Origin: Octopus vulgaris
Lineage: Eukaryota
Length of the DNA stretch: 64,000 bases
Direction: 5' to 3'
Assembly (NCBI GenBank): GCA_951406725.2
Contig: OX597823.1
Span: forward strand, 27,280,001-27,344,000
The notes below the pieces were generated by a model. It searched no databases, was not told where the DNA came from, and saw nothing but the letters and a program-made list of their open reading frames with translations. Position numbers and translations under genes: made by a program. Positions 51,290 to 64,000 of this stretch are shown here, one piece after another. How positions within the stretch are numbered: the stretch's first letter is position 1; each line of letters opens with the position of its first letter.

Positions 51290-51917
51290 GCTTTTCAAGG
51301 AGGTTCTCCGTTATGACCGCAATCTAGAAACTAAAATCGGTAAAAGATTAAAAAAATAGAAGACATGTAGGCAAACACGTGTGTGGGTGTGTGTGTACAT
51401 ACATTAATATGTGTGTGTGTATGTAAATAGGGAAATAGATAGGTAGGTAGGCAGGTAGGTAGGTAGGTAGGTAGGTAGGTAGGTAGGTAGGTAAGTAGGT
51501 AAATAGGTAGGTGGGAAGGTATACATTTGATTGTTTCACCTTGTCACTTGACAGCCGCTACATTAGAGATATCTTTACATCATTGGATTATATTGACATA
51601 AACTTGTACGACATATATGTCGCTTTCTAAGAAACTGTAAATATTCAGATAAGCATGACCAAGAAATCAAAAAGTCTTTCAATCACTCTATATGTACCTT
51701 ATACATATAGATATACATACATACATACATACATACATACATACATACATACATACATACATACATACATACATACATACATACATACAATTCTATATGT
51801 GCGTATTGATGAACAGATGTTTGTTTTTAAGTGAAGTTATATTTAAAAGCAATTCCAAATTAAGCTAAATATTTTCTTCAAATTTTCGGGTTAGCAGTCA
51901 TTACCAGTTCGTATGTG

Positions 51918-51960
<43 letters not shown>

Positions 51961-51961
51961 T

Positions 51962-52004
<43 letters not shown>

Positions 52005-52335
52005 TTGCCTTGTGCTCTCAATTCCCTGATTGAATAGGAGGGCAACTACCGCGACATATCTGGTACTTTGGATATTTCTATAGACCTGATGGTGCAAATC
52101 CCCGTCCAAGTCTGGTTTCCACCGATTTCTTCTAGAAAGGAGGGAAAAAATCAAACACAGAGAAAAACAATCATTTTAGGCTTGTACATTATCTATCGGT
52201 TTCAATAGGATGAAAGGCGAAGTTTACATTAGTAGAGTTTTAATTCACAGAGAACAACAAAGATTATCGCGAAGAAATCTATCTGATTACCGAAAGATTT
52301 TTTCCAGTTGCCCAACAAATATATACATACATATA

Positions 52336-52731
52336 CTCTTTTACTCTTTTACTTGTTTCAGTCATTTGACTGCGGCCATGCTGGAGCACCGCCTTTAATC
52401 GAGCAACTCGACCCCGGAACTTATTCTTTTTGTAAGCCCAGTACTTATTCTATCGGTATCTTTTGCCGAACCGCTAAGTAAAGGGGACATAAACACACCA
52501 GCATCGGTTGTCAAGCAATGCTAGGGGGACAAACACAGACACACAAACAAACACACATGCATATATATATACATATATACGACAGGCTTCTTTCAGTTTC
52601 TGTCTACCAAATCCACTCACAAGGAATTGGTCGACCCGGGGCTATAGCAGAATACACTTGCCCAAGATGCCACGCAGTGGGACTGAACCCGGTACCATGT
52701 GGTTGGTTAGCAAGCTACTTACCACACAGCC
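52336..52731 (-). mobile_element. SINE family B
   Basis: Reverse complement matches 20915-21305 and 30391-30810. Confidence 0.93.
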
Positions 52732-52802
52732 AATATATATATATATATATATATATAAATATTCATACAACTATGAACACATATTTACACACATATATAT
52801 AT

Positions 52803-52844
<42 letters not shown>

Positions 52845-53239
52845 CAAATACCGATAAACGCAGGTTCATTTTATTTTAAAGTTTCTATGCATGTTTCACC
52901 ATTATGATTCTTTGATGCCCTTTGATGGAAGTTCCAAAGGCATATGGATGCTCAATGATTGTTATATGACTAAAGTCGTTTCCTTCACTACTTAACTTGT
53001 AAAAAAGACACCCTGAGATAGGGGAGATTTTAGGTATTATATCTGATAAGATAGAGTTTGGATAGGAAGAATTTGCATTAATCAATTGCAAGAGATGAGT
53101 TGAATTAAAGGTGATATTGATGACAGGCGAAATAATTTTAGTGCTTAAATATATTTTTATAAACAGCGAACCCCTAGGGCATTTTCAAGTTAGCAATTCA
53201 ACTGACTTCTTTATCACTGCAGATGTAAAATCAGAGGCA

Positions 53240-54935
53240 GCGATGATTGATTAAATCAATATAAAGGAAGACGATGTAATCAAGGCTATAGATGAAATGA
53301 AAACAAACTCAGCTACTGGCCGTGATGGATTCCCAGCAATCCTTCTAAAAGTATGTAAGAGAGTCCTAGGGAGACCACTGCAGTTCCTCTATCAGAGCTT
53401 CCTTGCAAACTTCCAAGAGAACTGAAGGAAGGTAAAATATGCCCTATTCATAAAGCAGGTAGCAGAGCGGAGGCCAAGAACTACAGACCTATCTCTCTGA
53501 CTTCACACATCAGCAAGGTCATGGAACGAATTGTCAGAAGGAAACTAATCACCTTCCTTGAAGAAAATGACTTGCTGCCTGACACCCAACATGGTTTCTG
53601 ACCAGGAAGAAGCGCCTAACTCAGCTCCTACAACACTATGACTGGGTGCTGAAACGACTGATCAACCACTCAAATGTGGAAGTCATATATCTCGACTTTG
53701 CAAAGGCCTTTGATAAAGTCGATCATGGAATGATATGTCACAAACTGCGTGATCTTGGCATAGTTGGAAAATTGGGAGAATGGCTTCATGACTTTCTGAA
53801 GGATAGAAGTCAGGTGGTAGTAGCCAATGGGGCCACCTCCAATAACACGCAAATAGTGAGCGGTGTTCCGCAAGGCACTGTTTTGAGACCACTACTGTTA
53901 ATAATGGCCCTCTCAGACATGCCCTCAGCCACGATCATAAGTTATGCAGATGATACAAAAGTTTCACTGACAATACAGAACCCTCATGACACTATGCAGC
54001 TTCAATGTGAGCTGGACAAAATATACAAGTGGGCTGAAAAGAATAGCATGCAGTTCAATGCTGAAAAGTTTCAAGCTTTATGCTATCAGCATGCAAAACT
54101 AAATGCAATACCCAATAAATACACGGGACATGGAGGGATTGCAATCCCAGAGGCGCAATCAGTGCGAGACCTGGGTATTTACATGAGTGATGATGCAACC
54201 TTTCATGTGCATGTTGCTAAATTGGCAATGAAATGTAGGCGGCTGACCGGATGGATTCTTAGAACCTTTAGAACAAGAGACCAGGAAACCATGATGGTCC
54301 TCTGGAGGACACTTGTCCTAAGCCACTTTGACTATTGCTCTCAGCTATGGTCACCATCCAGTGTCAAGTTAATCACAGAACTTGAGGCGATCCAACGAAG
54401 CTACATGAAGAAGATAGCCTCTGTGCAGCATATAAGCTACTGGGAAAGACTCAAGAGATTAAGACTCTATTCCTTAGAGCGTAAGCGAGAAAGATATGCC
54501 ATAATATACATCTGGAAGATCCTAGAAGAACTTGTCCCAAACTTTGGCATCGAGAGTTACACAAATGCTAGAACTGGGCGCCAGTGCATAGTGCCAAGGA
54601 CTCCAAATCTGCCATCAAGATGTAGGACAAGATACTGTGATAGCCTGGGTTTCAGAGACCCACAGCTCTACAATATCCTCCCGAAGAACCTGAGAGACCT
54701 ACATGGGGTGGATGCAGATGTCTTTAAAATAAAACTGGATTTCTTCCTGTCAGGTGTCCCAGATGAACCAACTTCACGGCAGGAGGTGCAGATGAGGGCA
54801 GCTGCATAGAACTCTCTCATGCACCAAATGGCAATTGCTAAAAAGCATTCATGAGGTAAAATCATGTAGCAACACCAAATGGCGGTGCCCCAGCATGGCC
54901 ACAGCTCGTGAGCTGAAACTAGATAAAAAAAAAAC
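53240..54935 (+). mobile_element. 5'-truncated CR1-group LINE (RT pseudogene + 3' UTR)
   Basis: NYRPISLTSHISKVME, YLDFAKAFDKVDH, SGVPQGTVL, SYADDTK, VRDLGI, SHFDYCSQLWSP (ORF 53646-54809, upstream part broken). Hairpin tail, then an A-rich end. Confidence 0.95.
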
Positions 54936-55380
54936 AAAAACAAGAAACACTTTCAACAACGAAATAGAAATGATCTGTTATGATAGTGAAATGAATACAT
55001 ACATGGTAGAAGAATATACAGTTACATTTTAATTGTTCAATACGAAATTATTTTTGCTTTTCATAGATTATTTAGTTAATGAACGTTATTTCAGATTTAT
55101 GCGTTTAATTATTTCCCTGATTTAATTGTAAAGTTTGATTGCTTTAATGCATCAGTTTAAAATTAATATATTCTTACTACACTGTTATTTCTCATTTAAA
55201 GACTCAATAATTTTCACTTGTTGATAATATCATGTATCAATTTTCATTTAAAATGCCCTCTAGAAATATATAACTTAAGTATTTATCGTTCATTTTTGTT
55301 TTATGGTTATTATCTCTCATTTAATCGTATAGCAATAGTTTATTCATTAGTTCATAGATTAACGTAATGACTAAAAGATG

Positions 55381-55453
<73 letters not shown>

Positions 55454-55455
<2 letters not shown>

Positions 55456-56905
55456 TACAAATACTTAGGAATCCATGAACTAGATAAGACACAACCCACG
55501 CAAATGAAAGAGAAAATAAAAAAAGAATATTATAGACGAGTTAGATCAATACTAAACACAGAGCTCAATGCTAAAAACAAGATAATAGGTATCAACACTT
55601 TAGCTGTCCCAGTTATAAGTTACAGCTACAATATCCTTAACTGGACACGAAATGAACTGACCAAAATAGACAGGAAAACAAGAAAAATAATGACAGGATC
55701 TAGGATGCATCACCCAAAATCTGACATAGAAAGACTATATATACAACGTATAGAAGGTGGTAGAGGCCTTATACAGCTGGAAAACTACTATAAAATAACC
55801 ACCATAGGACTGCAAAAATATCTACTTCAGAAGGAAGGAAAACTGATCCAGATAGCGACAAAACACGAGCAAAACAAAAAACTGTTCTCAGTATTTAAGG
55901 AAGCTGACAAATACAAACAAGAAATCATACCACCTAATAAACATGAAGAAGAAGAAGAAGATGAAGAAACAACAAAAGCTATAAAAAAAATGAAATCCAA
56001 ACTAAAAATAGAACAGCAACGAACCATGATAAAACGATGGCAAGAAAAGCCCCTTCATGGTAAATACTGGACTAAACTAAACGCAAAAGAAATAGACAAA
56101 GAAAAATCCCAGCAATGGTTGAGAAGCTCAGGACTCAAAGCAGAAACAGAGGGATTTTTAATTGCAGCACAAGACCAAAGCCTCCCCACCAGAAATTACC
56201 AAAAACATGTAATGAAAAGAAATATTACAAGTAACTGCAGAATATGTGGAGATGGACAAGAAACAATAAATCATATTATCTCTAGCTGCCCAGTCCTGGC
56301 TAAGAAGGAATATATTCACAGACATGACAGAGTTGGAACTTACATACATTGGAAGCTATGCCAACATTATGGAATAACAACAGAAAAAAGATGGTATAGG
56401 CACACACCAGAAAAGGTCACAGAAAACGAGAAAGCAACCATACTCTGGGATATGCCGATACACACAGATAGAGAAATTAAGGCCAACAGACCAGATATAG
56501 TTGTCAGAGACCATGAAGAAAAAAAATGCTTTCTAATTGATGTATCAATACCGGCAGATGACAACGTGTCTCTAAAAGAAATGGAGAAACTCTCAAAATA
56601 CAAAGACCTGGAAATAGAGGTAACTAGAATGTGGAATCTGAAAACAGAAACAATTCCTATCATAGTAGGTGCATTAGGCATGATAAAAAAATATTCAGAC
56701 AAATACATAACAAAAACACCAGGACTTACAAACACATATAACATACAGAAAATTGCACTACTAGGCACTGCACACATCCTACGCAGAACACTTTCCATAC
56801 AATAACCATCAGAGCATCACAACAAATCACAGCACATACCCAAGGCACACAGAGCTGCGCTCGGTAGTGAAGTGAAAGCACGCTATAAAAATAAAAATAA
56901 AACTA

Positions 56906-56910
<5 letters not shown>
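55454..56910 (+). mobile_element. 5'-truncated R4/Dong-like LINE with restriction-like endonuclease, in (TAA)n
   Basis: Open frame to 56805: YKYLG, GGRGL, ETEGFLIAAQDQ, CRICGDGQETINHIISSC, RHD, RPDIVV..LIDVSIP, KLSKYKDL. (TAA)n on both sides. Confidence 0.93.
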
Positions 56911-56938
<28 letters not shown>

Positions 56939-57660
56939 CGCAAGACCAAGCTTTGGGTCGACCTTAGGCATGAGCAAGTGTCTCCACTGTGCCGCATCTG
57001 CAATAGAGGGGCTGAAACTATTTCCAATATCACGAGCAAATGCCCAAGACTTGCCCCAAACCACTACAAGTTGTGGCGACACGATCAGGTAGCGAGAGTG
57101 CTACTTTAAATACTGTGCGAAAACGGGGTGGGGTAGAGAGAAATAAGACGTGGTATGAACACAAACTACAGAGAGTGGCGGAGTCGGAGACTAGCAAAAT
57201 CCTCTGGGATTTACCAATTGACACAGATCAAGTGCTAGAGCATAACAGACAGGACCTAGTAGTAGTGGACAAGGTGCACCACATATGCTATATAGTTGAC
57301 GTTGCATGCCCTTTTGACCCATGAATAGTCAAGAAGGAAGGCGAAAAGATAGAGAGATACAACCCTCTTAAGTACGAAATAGCATGGCTCTGGAAAATGA
57401 AGAAGGTGAAGATAGTTCCATTTATTGTTGGGTCCTTAAGAACAGTATCAGAAGGCATCAAGAGGAATATAAAGGGAATTTGAATAGAGTGCCCTGTAGA
57501 ACTGTTACAAGAGGTTTGCCTCCTTGGCACGGCCAGAATAATCAGGAAAGTATTAGATAGCTTAAGAGAATGGATAGCATGATACTCTAGGCTGCAGATA
57601 GCAAGCCTATTACACATACAAGACTCCAGAAGCTCCAATAAAATCTGTGATAAAGAGAAA
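56939..57660 (+). mobile_element. Second, decayed R4/Dong-like 3' fragment
   Basis: CRICNRGAETISNITSKC, KILWDLPIDTD, RQDLVVVDK..IVDVACPFD, LLGTARIIRKVL. Confidence 0.88.
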
Positions 57661-57678
57661 ATAACAATAACAATAACA

Positions 57679-57738
<60 letters not shown>

Positions 57739-58316
57739 TGCCGTGATGCAGTACCAGGCAGTGACAATGCCCTGAGGCAGTATCAGGCAGTGGCTCTCAT
57801 GGCTTCTGATCTCAACTGATGGGAAGTGTTATCATGTATATTGTCTTGTCTTGGTATAAAAGATGGGCTACAGCAAATATTCTGCTCAATACCACAGATT
57901 TGCTTGTCAGTTGTTTGACCTTAACCAGTTGAGCATGTCCCTTAGTGGCTGACGATATGATCACGAGCATAAGTAGTGGAGGAGCATCATAGCCATGTGT
58001 TGAAAGGGATTCTTTGGGGTTTGAATAATTCACCTCTGGAAACTTGGGTGTTTCGTTCAACATCCTTAAACAATCCTTTATCCAGGGAGCTTTTGTGCGG
58101 GATGGGCTACTCGACCAGAAGAAAATTCTAACTGGACCTCACCTGCCAGGTCATGTGCTGTTTATCTTGATATGAGATCACTGTGTCGCGCACATATGGT
58201 TGTGATGTGCATGTGCCTAGTTTACCTTTATCAGACGGGTAGTCATGATGGATATACTGAGCTTCGTATATTTTTCCCCCAGTGTCACTATGATGGCATG
58301 CACTGCTATCTCACTC
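57739..58316. mobile_element. ~560-bp non-coding element in (TAA)n (copy 2, with duplicated 5' 29 bp)
   Basis: Matches 28217-28773. The first ~29 bp occur twice (57739, 57768). Confidence 0.85.
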
Positions 58317-58507
58317 AATAATAATAATGATAAATATTGGAGCTGATGTCATGCTCTAAGTGATCCATAAGATGGCATTGTTGGGTACAGATCGCAGTTT
58401 AAGAGAGTATTGTCTCTGAGTCACAGGAGACTACTTGAAACATTTGGTGATTTCTTATTGCCTGCTTTCAAGTAAAGAACAACCGCAAACAGAATAGCGA
58501 TGATCAA

Positions 58508-59230
<723 letters not shown>

Positions 59231-59334
59231 AACAATAATAACAATTTAGTTTATTAGCCATAGGAGCATAGATGTGTAGGACATCATAAGGATAGATAAC
59301 AATTTGAGTAGGGATTTAAGAAGAATATATTAAT

Positions 59335-59880
59335 AACTGCATTACATGTAATGAGTAAGGAACGACTAACCACATGTTCATTGGCTGGTTACCCAGTCTT
59401 TGCAAAGAAAGTGTACATTCCCAGGTATGTAAGAGTTGGCACTACATAAGCTAGAAGTTATGCCTGTATTACAAAATACGAACAGAAACGAGATAGCATA
59501 GACCTGTACAAGAAAAGCTGTCTGAGAAAGGAAAGCAACCAATCTCTAGGATATTACAATGCACACCATCAGAGGCCAAGGCTAATTGACCAGATTTTAT
59601 GGTCAAGGATCGCCCAGAATTTATTTAAGTGCTACATGATTGACATAACAGCCCCATGCATATTATGTATCACAACATGAAATGGATAAAATATCCAAGT
59701 ATGAGACTTGGGAATATAGATAATGTGAAACCGAAAAATAGAAACAATTCTTATAATGATAGGTACTTTAGGAATGATCAAAATACACGCGGAGATGCAT
59801 AACTAAAGCCTCAGTACTTACAAATAAGCATAGTACACATCGACTACTATTGCATTTTGAGTAAAGTAAAAATATCAAAA
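59335..59880 (+). mobile_element. Fourth, heavily decayed R4/Dong-like fragment
   Basis: Nucleotide blocks parallel 56235-56760 (ccagtctttgcaaagaaagtgtacatt, agaagttatgcc, gaaacaattcttataatgataggtactttaggaatgat). Confidence 0.7.
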
Positions 59881-59959
59881 TCAAGCAAAACAGAGTAAAG
59901 GCCCCAGACACAAAAAGCAGTGCCTCATAATGAAGTAAAAGCACACACTCAAAATGTTC

Positions 59960-60165
59960 TTTTATTCTTCTATTTGTTTCAGTCATTTGACTGCGGCCAT
60001 GCTAGAGCACCGCCATTTAGTTGAAGAAATCAACCCCAGGACTTATTCTTTGTAAGCCCAGTACTTATTCTATCGGTATATTTTGCCGAACCGCTACGTT
60101 ACTGGGACATAAACACACCAACATCGATAATCAAGAGATGGTGGGGGACAAACACAGACAACACT
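59960..60165 (-). mobile_element. SINE family B 3' half
   Basis: tgtttcagtcatttgactgcggccatgct...ttttgccgaaccgcta. Confidence 0.9.
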
Positions 60166-60390
60166 GACATACAAACATACACACACACACAATCACACGC
60201 AAACACACACAAATATATATATATATATATATAGTAGAAACTCGGTTTTCGAACAACTCTGATCACGTGTAAATCGTGCTTTATCTCCTGTCTTCATATT
60301 AATTTAATACAGTAATACCTCGATTTACGAACGTCTCTGATCACGAATGAATTATGTTTCATACCCATCTATCTATATATATCTATCTAT

Positions 60391-60492
<102 letters not shown>

Positions 60493-61223
60493 TATATATA
60501 TAAGAGACCAAAGTGTACGTACGCCGCTATATGTATATAAAAAGAAGAATGCAAAAAATGGAACAAGAACAGGCGACACCAAGCTATCCAGACAGGTGAT
60601 ATAAAAAGGGACAAAAGAAACAAGGACGAGTCATTCGGAGTTTTCTTTCGTCAGTCGAGTTTCAGATTATCTTTGCAATTTCAGCTGGTTATATTCTAGA
60701 CTGCTCCAAATCTAAGCTAAGAACACTAGACTCCTTGGAAGAATGCAGCGAATGTATACGAAAACAAGGACAGAAAAAACGGAGAAATGGTACACAAATA
60801 CAAATGCAAACAACAGGACATTAACAACAGGTATCTTTCGACTAAGGACGAATTAAATTAAGCTGGCGTGTATGGAAGTGAACATTTACGGTAGGGACAT
60901 AAGAGTTGACAGGCGTGGGAAGGAATATAGATTTTTCACTGATGGTAGTCGAACCAAGAAAGAAAGGTCACGTGGAAGGAGAGGAGAGGTAGAGGCAGCG
61001 GGATACAAGAAATAGGAAGGGACTAGGAAAAGGAAAAGTTCGGATACTTATTGATCAGACCTCGTATATAAATGCATACACTAAAGTTGTTATCGATTTC
61101 GTAAATGAGTTTTTAAGCATTTTTTCATATAATTGATAAATTTTAATTCTACTAATTCCTCCAAATATTGTGACTACGGAGAATCTGTTATAAAACCATT
61201 TTTGTACACACACGCCCATATAA

Positions 61224-61282
<59 letters not shown>

Positions 61283-61472
61283 TATATATATATACACGTT
61301 TATATATTTGTTTTTCAAGATTCTTGATATGAAATCGTGTGTTGAAACAGATGTTGTTGTATTTGGTAATGGCCATTTTGCCAGTTAAGCCAATAAAAAC
61401 ACACGCGCTATAAATTTGGTGTTAATTTGCTTTAACGTTATTTATTTTTTACATTAATCTTAATCTTATTTC

Positions 61473-61516
61473 GGCCAGAGTTCTTTCGTCACACTTCTGT
61501 GACCTCATCAGTGGTC
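61473..61516 (-). ncRNA. Compact type-I hammerhead fold, canonical core
   Basis: gacca-CTGATGA-g-gtcac-agaagt-gtgac-GAAA-gaac-TC-tggcc. Confidence 0.7.
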
Positions 61517-61541
61517 CTTTGCTTTCTTCTTTCTTATTTGT

Positions 61542-61915
61542 GTGTCTCTCCTTACTAACGGTCAGCCATGTTGTATTTTGTATTCCTATTGTATGTGTCT
61601 TCATTTGCGCATGCGTATACCTCTATATGTGTCTATGTTTGGTTAGTGTGTGTGGGGGGAGGGGGTGAAGTGCCTGTAATATTTGTATCTCCTGTTTATA
61701 CACGTTCGTGTAATTTGTTTTTGTTTATTTTTATTTTGTTCATGTGTTTACACCTACTTATTATTATAAACATGAGATACAAATATTACAGGGACTCCCC
61801 CACATACACACTAACCAAACATAGACACACATAGAGATATACGCATGCGCAAATGAAGACACATACAATAGGAATACAAAATACAAAATGGCTGACCGTT
61901 AGTAAGGAGAGACAC
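61542..61915. repeat. ~150-bp inverted repeat with 65-bp spacer
   Basis: gtgtctctccttactaacggtcagccat...tgtaatatttgtatctc (61542-61700) versus 61766-61915. Confidence 0.9.
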
Positions 61916-61917
61916 TC

Positions 61918-62110
61918 CTTTCGGTGTCGATTAAATAAGTACCAGTTACGCACTTGGGTCGATGTAATCGACTTAATCCGTTTGTCTGTCATTGTTTGTC
62001 CTCTCTGTGTTTAGCCCCTTGCGGGTAGTAAAGAAATAGGTATTTCGTCCGCTGTTGCGCTCTGAGTTCAAATTCCGCGGAGGTCGACTTTACCTTTCAT
62101 CCTTTCGGGA
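61918..62110 (+). mobile_element. SINE family A body, tandem junction
   Basis: The tail aaagaaatagg runs directly into tatttcgtccgctgttgcgctctgagttcaaattcc. Confidence 0.85.
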
Positions 62111-62208
62111 ATAACTTATAACTTATGAATGATTTTTCTGGGCGAATTATATGTGGAAGCCTGTGCGTGTGCATGTGCATGTGCGTGTGTATGTGCATGT
62201 GTGTGTGA

Positions 62209-62250
<42 letters not shown>

Positions 62251-63412
62251 ACCATTTGACAACTGGTGTTAGTTCGTTTACGTTCCCTTAAACAAAGATT
62301 TCGGCGAAAGAGAACGGTAAGATAAGTGCCAGACTATGAGACTTTGAAAAGAAAATAATCGCTGAGGTTGATTTCTTCGACTAAACTCTTCAAGTCGGTG
62401 CTTCAGCATGACCGCATTCCAATAGCTGAAACAAGTCAAACAAACACGATAAAAGATGTTATTTTGCTGTCTTTATGAATAAATAACACAGAACTATTGT
62501 TGGTAGTTTATTATTGATTAAATGTTAGAATGATTTATTAGCTTTAAACATACCCGGCACCCATCCCACTCATCAAGATGAAGAGACTCGATCAATGACT
62601 ACAGTTCTACTACTCGGATACGAGGTAACACCGACGACGAAACATAGCTTTAAGCATAGTTTATTTAAATTACTTTCCGACCGTCTGCATTCTTCCATTT
62701 TTCGAACGCTCTTCTGCTCTGCGCTCTCTTTGCGCCTCTTTTCTAAATTACTTCCTGCTATAGTTGTCTCAGTCGATATTTATTTCATTAAACAAAATCA
62801 ATATTAAGTTAGTTCCCTCAGTATTGCAAAGTAGGTAAATACATTAGACATAAATGCTTCATATTTCTCATAGAAATTAATTTTTGTTTTTGTTTGATTT
62901 CTTCAAATACAGAAACATACATACACACACACATACATACATACATACATACATACATACATACATACATACATACATACACACAGGTTCATGTACATGC
63001 TTATTCAGCAAAGCAAACTATTAAAAACATTGAGTAAACCTTTCATTTGATGCTACGTTCTTCCATAGAAAGGAACACAGAAAGAAACAAGGAGAGAAAA
63101 TATAAGTTATATATATATATATATACATAATTATATACAGCCTTTGAAGACCAACATGTGTTTCAATTGCACCGACAAGCAGTCGTTGGAATATATATGA
63201 AGGCACAAGACTCAGTGATTAGAGTTTTGCGCTTGTGGTCGGGAATCGCAAGGGCGGGCATTGCGTTATGTTCTTGCGCAAAACCTTCATTTTACGACTG
63301 GCTCGTTCCCCCAGATTTTCGGGTCTTGTGCCTTGAGTAGAAAAGGATATATATTTTGTTTTAGGTAGCTACAAACATTTTGAAGGGTTGTTTCTTCACA
63401 ATTTCTAAACAT

Positions 63413-63810
63413 AAGCGCGGGAATTATTGTGTAGTTAAGAAACTTGCTTTGTAACTCCCTGGTTTCAAGCTCAGTCCCCCTGTACAGCACTAGAGCAAGT
63501 GTCTTCTCCAATAGTCCTGGGCCGACCAGTTCCTTCTGAGTGAAATTACCAGACATAAATTTTGTGGAATCCTGCCATATGTAAATAACTATATACGTCT
63601 ATGTCTGTGTATGTTCATACCTTTGTTAGCCACTTGATAACCAGTGTTCGTTTCTTTATGTTCTCATAAGTCAGTGGTTCGACAAAAGAGAAAGAGTAAG
63701 TACAAGTCTTAAAAATCAAAAGTATTGGAGTCCGTTCCTTCGACTAAAACAGTTCAGAGTGGTGCTCCAGCATGGCCGGGTCGCAGTCCAATGACAAACA
63801 AGTAATACAC
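63413..63810 (+). mobile_element. SINE family B, diverged
   Basis: gcaagtgtcttctc..gggccgacc; gtggttcgacaaaagag; ggtgctccagcatggcc. Confidence 0.8.
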
Positions 63811-64000
63811 GAAAGATGAAACAAATATATTGTTCAAATTATTTTGTATTCTATGTACCGCTATTTGTTCGTATAGATTTTGCAGGTTTTTTACGAGAAA
63901 GTTTTGTCTTTTGTGCTGCAGATCCAAATACATATGCCTTAGTTCTGAGTCCTGTACTTCTCAACCAGTTTTAAACTCTTTCTCTTTACATACACACACA

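Noticed and set aside
55378-55453. Start codon and poly-Ile N-terminus of the 475-aa ORF
   Set aside because: Derived from the flanking (ATA)n target. The element is 5'-truncated and homology begins at YKYLG.
60235-60355. Pogo/Tigger-like termini (cagtaatacctcgatttacgaac)
   Set aside because: Two short same-orientation fragments with no partner end; insufficient for a call.
60620-60720. Hammerhead on the minus strand (CTGACGA near 60648-60654)
   Set aside because: Could not assemble consistent stems I-III around the core.

Overview
AT-rich, microsatellite-dense eukaryotic DNA made up almost entirely of transposable elements. The SINE families and repeat landscape suggest a cephalopod such as Octopus; this is an inference. 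No host protein-coding gene can be supported, apart from one weak 32-nt micro-exon candidate, and nearly all listed ORFs are microsatellite translations or transposon relics. Recognisable elements are: four decayed mariners; a Helitron followed head-to-tail by a second copy; a solo LTR; CR1-like, RTE-like and R4/Dong-like LINEs (the last clustered in (TAA)n); an ORF1-only element; about 20 tRNA-derived SINEs; and several Penelope-like elements (RT + GIY-YIG with a CxCx5Cx5C linker), mostly bounded by (TA)n. The most striking unannotated signal is about a dozen type-I hammerhead-ribozyme folds, read by eye. Some lie in Penelope ends. Others lie in small non-coding elements that are tandem (364-bp retrozyme-like), palindromic, or circularly permuted, and several carry non-canonical cores such as CCGANGA.
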